Program-made: the position numbers and the translations under genes
Source of the DNA: Cereibacter sphaeroides 2.4.1
GTDB taxonomy: Bacteria > Pseudomonadota > Alphaproteobacteria > Rhodobacterales > Rhodobacteraceae
Length of the DNA: 32,000 nucleotides
Direction of reading: 5' to 3'
NCBI RefSeq assembly: GCF_000012905.2
Contig: NC_007493.2
Location: 1,470,001-1,502,000, forward strand
Notes under the pieces: model-generated
Told to the model about the DNA's origin: nothing
Seen by the model: the letters and a program-made list of their open reading frames with translations, nothing else
Database searches by the model: none
Part shown: positions 27,261-32,000 of the stretch, one piece after another
Layout of the letters: each line of letters begins with the position of its first letter
Position numbering within the stretch: the first letter of the stretch is position 1

Positions 27261-28195
27261 TGGAGGCCGCGGGCATGGAGCGCTGGATCTCGGCCTTCCT
27301 CGAGGCGCAGGCGGCGGAGCTCGATGCCGCGCGCAACACGCGCCTCGCCTACGGCCGCGACCTGAAGGATTACGCAACCTGGCTCGGGCGCCGTTCTGAG
27401 GATTTCCTGACCGCCACGCGGGACACGGTCGAGGCCTACCTCACCTTCTGCGAGGCGCAGGGGCTGTCTTCGGCCACGCGGGCGCGGCGGCTCTCCTCGA
27501 TCCGGCAGCTCTATCGCTTCGGGCATGAGGAAGGCTGGCGCGCCGACAATCCCGCCATCCGCATCAGCGGCCCCGGCCGGTCGAAGCGGCTTCCGAAGAC
27601 GCTCGAGATCGAGGAGGTGGACCGGCTGCTCGAGGCCGCCCGGGACAAGGGCCGCCGCGCCGAAGACCAGATCCGCAACCGCTGCCTTCTGGAACTGCTC
27701 TATGCCACCGGGATGCGCGTCTCGGAGATGGTGGGCCTGCCCGTCGCCGCGGCGCGTGGCAATCCGCGGATGATCCTCGTGCGCGGCAAGGGTGGCAAGG
27801 AGCGGATGGTGCCGCTCTCGCCGCCGGCGCGCGAGGCTCTGGCCGACTGGCTCCGGGCGCGCGATGCGGCCGAGGCGCAGGGGCAGAAGGCCGGCCGGCC
27901 CGCCTCCCGCTTCCTGTTTCCCGGCTCGGGCGCGGCGGGCCATCTCACGCGGGAATATTTCTACGTCCTCGTGAAGCAGATCGCGGTGCTGGCCGGGGTC
28001 GATCCCGCGAAGGTCACGCCGCACACGCTGCGGCACGCCTTTGCCACCCATCTGCTGGCGGGGGGCGCCGACCTCCGGGTGATCCAGACCCTGCTCGGCC
28101 ATGCCGATCTCTCGACGACCGAGATCTACACCCACGTTCTCGACGCCCATCTGAAGGAGCTGGTGCTGAAGCATCATCCGCTGGCGCGCGAGTGA
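27260..28195 (+). CDS. xerD: Site-specific tyrosine recombinase XerD.
   Basis: 311 aa. The N-terminal SAM-like domain is TRLAYGRDLKDY. The catalytic motifs are ATGMRVSE, GKGGKERMVPL, HTLRHAFATHLL and LLGHADLSTTEIYTHV. The ATG shares 1 nt with the upstream stop; an alternative ATG is at 27275. Confidence 0.92.
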   Translation: MEAAGMERWISAFLEAQAAELDAARNTRLAYGRDLKDYATWLGRRSEDFLTATRDTVEAYLTFCEAQGLSSATRARRLSSIRQLYRFGHEEGWRADNPAIRISGPGRSKRLPKTLEIEEVDRLLEAARDKGRRAEDQIRNRCLLELLYATGMRVSEMVGLPVAAARGNPRMILVRGKGGKERMVPLSPPAREALADWLRARDAAEAQGQKAGRPASRFLFPGSGAAGHLTREYFYVLVKQIAVLAGVDPAKVTPHTLRHAFATHLLAGGADLRVIQTLLGHADLSTTEIYTHVLDAHLKELVLKHHPLARE

Positions 28196-28263
28196 AGGCT
28201 TGCTCCGGCGCCGGGCGCGCCTCACAGTTGACCCTTGCCGATCCCGAAGGACCGTAACCCGTC

Positions 28264-29592
28264 ATGACTTTCTCGAACCTCGATCCGGCGACGCTTGTCA
28301 CCGCCGCCGCCATTCTGGGGCTTCTCGCGCTGTCCGCCTTCTTCTCGGGCTCCGAGACGGCGCTTACCGCCTCGTCCCGCGCCAAGCTGCGCGCCAAGGC
28401 CGACAAGGGATCGCGCGGGGCCGAACGGGCGCTCGAGGTGACCGAAGACAACGAGCGGATGATCGGGGCGCTGCTCCTCGGCAACAACGTGGTCAACATC
28501 CTGTCGGCCTCGCTCGCCACCGCGCTGATGACGAAGCTCTTCGGCGACGGAGGCGTGGCGGTGGCCACGCTGGTGATGACCGGCCTCGTGCTGATCTTCG
28601 GCGAGGTGCTGCCCAAGACCCTCGCCATCAGCCGCCCCGAGGCCTTCTCGAGCCGCGTGGCGCCGGTGATCCGGGTGCTGATCTTCGTCTTCTCGCCCAT
28701 TGTGGCGGTGGTGCGCGCCCTTGTGCGGGGCCTGCTTCGGGTCGTGGGCGTCCGGATCGAGCCGGGCGACCACATGCTCGCCATCCGGGACGAGATCGCG
28801 GGCGCTATTGCACTCGGCCATTCGCAGGGCGCGGTCGAGAAGGAAGACCGCGACCGGCTTCTGGGCGCGCTCGACCTGTCCGAGCGCACGGTCGAAGAGA
28901 TCATGCGCCACCGCAGCCAGATCGAGATGATCGACGCGGACAAGCCCTCGGCCGAGGTGATCGCGCAGGTCCTCGCCTCGCCCCACACGCGGATCCCGCT
29001 CTATCGCGGCGATCACGAGAACATCCTCGGGATCATCCACGCCAAGGATCTGCTGCGCGAGGTCTCGCGGCTGATGCGGACGGGCAGCACCGGGGCGCTG
29101 GACGAGCTCGACATCCTCGCCGTGGCGATGAAGCCCTATTTCGTGCCCGAGACGACGCCGCTCGACGAGCAGATGCGCCAGTTTCTGAAGCGGCGGACGC
29201 ATTTCGCGCTGGTGGTGGATGAATATGGCGCGCTGAAGGGCCTGATCACGCTCGAGGACATCATCGAAGAGATCGTGGGCGAGATCAACGACGAGTTCGA
29301 CATCGCGCAGGAGATGACGCTGAAGCGCGCCGACACGGGCGACTATCTCGTGGACGGGGCCATGACGATCCGCGACCTCAACCGGATGATGGACTGGCAG
29401 CTGCCCGACGAAGAGGCCAACACGGTGGCGGGCCTTGTCATCCACGAAGCGCAGATGATCCCGAACGAGGCGCAGGCCTTCAGCTTCCACGGCTTCCGCT
29501 TCGAGGTGCTGACCAAGCGCGACAACCGGATCATGAAGCTGAAGGTCCGCCCGCTCGACGCTCAGCCGATCAGCGGACGCGACCGGCCGTAG
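28264..29592 (+). CDS. HlyC/CorC (CNNM/TlyC) family transporter: DUF21 membrane domain, CBS pair and CorC_HlyC domain.
   Basis: 442 aa. SAFFSGSETAL is the DUF21 signature. The CBS pair region includes VEEIMRHRSQIEMID and HFALVVDEYGALKGLITLEDIIEEIVGEI. The C-terminal transporter-associated domain follows. Confidence 0.92.
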   Translation: MTFSNLDPATLVTAAAILGLLALSAFFSGSETALTASSRAKLRAKADKGSRGAERALEVTEDNERMIGALLLGNNVVNILSASLATALMTKLFGDGGVAVATLVMTGLVLIFGEVLPKTLAISRPEAFSSRVAPVIRVLIFVFSPIVAVVRALVRGLLRVVGVRIEPGDHMLAIRDEIAGAIALGHSQGAVEKEDRDRLLGALDLSERTVEEIMRHRSQIEMIDADKPSAEVIAQVLASPHTRIPLYRGDHENILGIIHAKDLLREVSRLMRTGSTGALDELDILAVAMKPYFVPETTPLDEQMRQFLKRRTHFALVVDEYGALKGLITLEDIIEEIVGEINDEFDIAQEMTLKRADTGDYLVDGAMTIRDLNRMMDWQLPDEEANTVAGLVIHEAQMIPNEAQAFSFHGFRFEVLTKRDNRIMKLKVRPLDAQPISGRDRP

Positions 29593-30701
29593 GTCTCGTC
29601 GTAGTGGCGCCGCAGCCGCTGGAGCGCGATGCGGAGCACGATCTTGCCCGAGCGCGCCGACCAGCCCATGCGGCGCTCTGCCGCCTCGAGGCCCTCGAGG
29701 AAGCAGCAGCAGCGCAGCACCATGTCGCCCAAGCCGGGGCCCAGATCGCGCAGCGCCGCCGCCACCCGCTCGCGCGCCTGCCGCGGGCCCTCGGCGCCGC
29801 CCGCATCGGGGCGGAACGCGCCGCGGTCCGCGCCGGTCAGGAACCGGTCCCAGTTCTGGGCTACGCGCGGGCCCATCTGCGCCAGCTCGAAATCCTCGCG
29901 CAGCCGCTCGGCCGCCTCGATCAGCTCGGCCGACAGGAAGGGCCTCCCATCCTTGTCCCGGCGTCGCCCGAGTACCGCCACCGGGCTTTCGGCCGCGTTG
30001 TAGCGCACCCGGCGCGGGCCGTGCTCGTCGCGGATCTCGCGCTCGGCCCAGTCGCGGTGCTGCGCGGCGAAGGGCTGGACCGCTTCGGCGAGGCCCCGGC
30101 TCCGCCCGCCCTCCTCGGCCGCCACGATCCGGCGCAGGGCCGCGCGCCCCGTCGCCGTGATCTCGTAGGTGGCGATCCGGCCCGGCTTGCGGCAGGCGAT
30201 CCAGTCCTTCAGCGCGAAGGCCTGCGCGACGGCACGGTCGACCACCGCCATCCGGGCCGTGCCCCCGTCGGGCAGGGTGCGCAGGACCGCGGCCTTTTCC
30301 ATGTCCGGGGCCACGGCGAGCAGGGTCTGCGGCTCGGCCAGCCGCCTGAGGATGCGGCGCGCCTCGCGCGCGATGGTGGTCTCGTCGAGCGAGGCCGGCC
30401 GGAGGGAGGAAGAGGCGTCGGGGCGGATCGGGGCCGTCATTTCGGATCTGTCCTTTCTGGCTGGGATGGGTCCGCGCCCCTGAGACCGTCCGAAGGCTGC
30501 CAGCGCCTCGTCCACCAGAGGATCGTCGCGTCGGCTCTCGCAGCGGCGCACATGGCGCATCACCGTCGAGGCATGGCACCCCTCGCGGCGGGCCAGCGCC
30601 CGGAGCGAAAGACCTTCCTCCGTGTGATCGAGGTAGAGCCGAACGGCCTCGGGAAGCCAGGCAGGAAAGGTCGAGGACAAGCTCAGGTCGGTGTGCATCA
30701 T
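29562..30701 (-). CDS. GafA-like transcriptional regulator: N-terminal HTH, central domain and C-terminal sigma-region-4-like/DUF6456-type HTH. It is a putative gene-transfer-agent activator.
   Basis: 379 aa. The N-terminal HTH is LSLRALARREGCHASTVMRHVRR. The C-terminus is CCCFLEGLEAAERRMGWSARSGKIVLRIALQRLRRHY. The domain layout and the neighbouring small divergent gene match what I recall of R. capsulatus GafA (rcc01865)/rcc01866. The CDS itself is solid, but the functional call is from memory. Confidence 0.6.
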   Translation of the reverse strand: MMHTDLSLSSTFPAWLPEAVRLYLDHTEEGLSLRALARREGCHASTVMRHVRRCESRRDDPLVDEALAAFGRSQGRGPIPARKDRSEMTAPIRPDASSSLRPASLDETTIAREARRILRRLAEPQTLLAVAPDMEKAAVLRTLPDGGTARMAVVDRAVAQAFALKDWIACRKPGRIATYEITATGRAALRRIVAAEEGGRSRGLAEAVQPFAAQHRDWAEREIRDEHGPRRVRYNAAESPVAVLGRRRDKDGRPFLSAELIEAAERLREDFELAQMGPRVAQNWDRFLTGADRGAFRPDAGGAEGPRQARERVAAALRDLGPGLGDMVLRCCCFLEGLEAAERRMGWSARSGKIVLRIALQRLRRHYDETYGRSRPLIG

Positions 30702-30742
30702 TCCATCCCGTGGCCCCCGCGAGAGGGCGTTGTCCGGCGTTG

Positions 30743-30758
30743 GACGTTTGCAACCGTC
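30743..30758. promoter_or_regulatory. 16-bp imperfect palindrome upstream of the GafA-like gene; a candidate operator.
   Basis: GACGtTTGCAAcCGTC pairs at 7 of 8 positions. It lies about 42-57 nt upstream of the ATG at 30701. Confidence 0.3.
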
Positions 30759-30769
30759 AGGGGCATTGG

Positions 30770-30784
30770 TTACCTGTTCGTTAA
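30770..30784. promoter_or_regulatory. CtrA-box-like motif, TTAC-N7-TTAA.
   Basis: ggTTACctgttcgTTAAtaac has one mismatch to the alphaproteobacterial CtrA consensus TTAA-N7-TTAA. It sits at the edge of the AT-rich divergent promoter region. Confidence 0.35.
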
Positions 30785-30915
30785 TAACTGCGGCGTTGTT
30801 GATAATTCTTTCTAATTCCTAAACATTCGAGAAACCTCCGCGCGGTGGGCGGCGCGCGCGCGCAACGCAGGGTTGCAGGCGGTCACTCTGTTTCGCCACG
30901 ACAGAGGAGACAGCG

Positions 30916-31293
30916 ATGACCGACATGCATGGCCTTCTGGCCGAGATCCGACGCCCGCGGCTGCTCATGAGGGCGGCCCGGCTGGGGCTGGCCTGCTACC
31001 GGCGCGAGCGGGATCTGCGCCGCCTCGTGCCGGACCCGGAACCGGACCGGGCCATGGCCACTCTGCTCGCGGAGGAGCGCGACCTCGAGAGGCGGCGGCA
31101 GGCGGGAGAGGCCACCTACTCGGTCACGCATCATGTGGAAGTGCTGATCGCCCTCATCGCGGAGGCGCGTCTGGCACCTCCGGCAGGCTGTCTCTCCTCG
31201 CGCAGCGCAGGTGGCGCGGGCCTTCGTGCGGAGACTGCGCCGGCTCCGGCAGATGCCGACACCGGAGGATCAGGGGCGGCGCCTCTGTCCTGA
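30916..31293 (+). CDS. Small Arg-rich hypothetical protein divergent from the GafA-like gene; a possible rcc01866/DUF6477-type partner.
   Basis: 125 aa: MTDMHGLLAEIRRPRLLMRAARLGLACYRRERDLRRL...THHVEVLIALIAEARL, followed by a low-complexity Ala/Gly tail. GAGGAGA lies 5 nt upstream of the ATG. The family assignment is not verifiable here. Confidence 0.6.
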   Translation: MTDMHGLLAEIRRPRLLMRAARLGLACYRRERDLRRLVPDPEPDRAMATLLAEERDLERRRQAGEATYSVTHHVEVLIALIAEARLAPPAGCLSSRSAGGAGLRAETAPAPADADTGGSGAAPLS

Positions 31294-31381
31294 CAGACGA
31301 GCGCGCCGCGGGGACCGCTCGCGCTGCTTCCTTCCGAAGACGGCAAGGCCGCACCGTTTCCACGCGGCGGCACCATGGCAA

Positions 31382-31409
31382 AGGGCGCGGCCCTGTCGGA
31401 CCGCGCCCC
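31382..31409. terminator. Bidirectional terminator-like hairpin between convergent genes.
   Basis: AGGGCGCGG-ccctgtcgga-CCGCGCCCT is a 9-bp GC-rich stem. It lies 21 nt beyond the MttB-family stop and about 90 nt beyond the small ORF's stop. Confidence 0.5.
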
Positions 31410-31429
31410 TCGGCAGGCTGATGAGGCCT

Positions 31430-32000
31430 TCAGATGAAGGCGTCGGGCATCGAGTCCTTCTTGCGGGCGACATAGTCCGCCAGCGCCTCGGCCACGCCCT
31501 CGTCGAGCGCAGGCTGCTGGTAATCGCCCAGAAGCTTCTTCACCCGGGCGCTCGCGAGCGTCTCGGTGTCGCGCGCGCCCTCTTCTTCCCAGGTCTCGAA
31601 GGGCTTGTAGTCGAACAGGTCCGAGCGCCAGAAGGCCGATTTGAAGTTCGCCTGCGTATGGGCGCAGCCGAGGTAGTGGCCGCCGGGGCCGACCTCGCGG
31701 ATCGCATCCATCCCCTGCCCGTTCTCGTCGACCGAAACACCCTGCGCCAGATGGTGCAGCGTGCCGAGCTGGTCGGCATCCATCACGAACTTCTCGTAGG
31801 AGGAGACGAGACCGCCTTCCAGCCAGCCGCAGGCGTGCAGCATGAAGTTCACGCCCGAGAGCAGCGCCATGTTCAGCGAGTTGGCGGTCTCGTAGGCGGC
31901 CTGCGCATCGGGCAGCTTCGAGCCGCAGAACGACCCGCCCGAGCGGTAGGGCAGCCCCAGACGACGGGCCAGCTGACCCGCGCCGTAGGTGATGTGCGAG
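31430..32000 (-). CDS. Trimethylamine methyltransferase (MttB) superfamily protein, C-terminal part. The 5' end lies beyond the right edge of the window.
   Basis: The ORF 31430..31870 sequence, extended upstream in frame, reads ...[74 protein letters not shown]...GPGGHYLGCAHT. This is typical of non-Pyl MttB-family members. Confidence 0.88.
   Translation of the reverse strand, partial: SHITYGAGQLARRLGLPYRSGGSFCGSKLPDAQAAYETANSLNMALLSGVNFMLHACGWLEGGLVSSYEKFVMDADQLGTLHHLAQGVSVDENGQGMDAIREVGPGGHYLGCAHTQANFKSAFWRSDLFDYKPFETWEEEGARDTETLASARVKKLLGDYQQPALDEGVAEALADYVARKKDSMPDAFI

Noticed and set aside
27260-28195. A tyrosine recombinase as a possible integrase of a mobile element or genomic island.
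   Set aside because: The sequence has the canonical XerD motifs and length. It sits in conserved housekeeping synteny (aroK/aroB, corC). There are no flanking direct repeats, att-like tRNA fragments or cargo genes.
28228-28266. Possible leaderless mRNA for the CorC-type transporter (TTGACC-N17-ACCGTA ending about 7 nt before the ATG).
   Set aside because: The -10 is poor, and a GAAGGA Shine-Dalgarno-like element 12 nt upstream offers a conventional alternative. It cannot be decided from sequence alone.
30760-30810. An alphaproteobacterial LexA box (GTTC-N7-GTTC) or a lux-type box upstream of the GafA-like gene.
   Set aside because: Only one GTTC half-site is present. ACCTGT matches a lux-box left arm, but the expected right arm (ACAGGT) is absent.
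30852-30863. An alternating (GC)6 tract in the 5' region of the small divergent ORF.
   Set aside because: It is only 12 nt long in a very GC-rich genome, too short to argue for a Z-DNA or slippage function.

Overview
This is a high-GC (roughly 68-70% by eye) alphaproteobacterial chromosomal segment. Gene content and synteny look Rhodobacter/Cereibacter-like; that assignment is an inference. Almost all of it is tightly packed core metabolism.

Gene order, left to right:
- Minus strand: ntrY (3' end cut by the window), ntrC, ntrB, dusB (nifR3).
- Plus strand: ispD, ispF, pgpA, cinA/pncC.
- A minus-strand HI0933-type flavoprotein, then two tandem tRNA-Gln(UUG) genes.
- Minus strand: an NnrS-family membrane protein gene translationally coupled to cobO.
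- A cobalamin riboswitch leading a long aerobic-type B12 block: DUF1636-like, cobW, cobN, cobH, cobI, cobJ, then cobK (inverted), then cobL, cobE, cobM, cobA, cobF.
- A hairpin-rich spacer with a candidate 34-aa sORF.
- Minus strand: aroB, aroK.
- Plus strand: a candidate 44-aa membrane sORF, a 522-aa exported Ala-rich protein, xerD, and a CorC/TlyC-type transporter.
- A minus-strand GafA-like HTH regulator, divergent from a small Arg-rich ORF across an AT-rich spacer.
- The 3' part of an MttB-family methyltransferase gene, cut by the window.

I see no CRISPR array, IS element, prophage, toxin-antitoxin pair or recognisable defence system.

The points most worth a second look:
- The GafA-like gene-transfer-agent regulator locus and its AT-rich control region.
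- The NnrS paralog coupled to cobO.
- The uncharacterised Cys-rich first gene of the riboswitch-controlled operon.
- cobK, wedged antisense with overlaps at both ends.
- The absence of cobG/cobZ from the B12 block.
- An sORF unit between cobF and aroB.

Many long ORFs in the supplied track are antisense or out-of-frame artefacts of the high GC content, and I rejected them. Hand-counted coordinates of non-coding motifs may be off by 1 nt.
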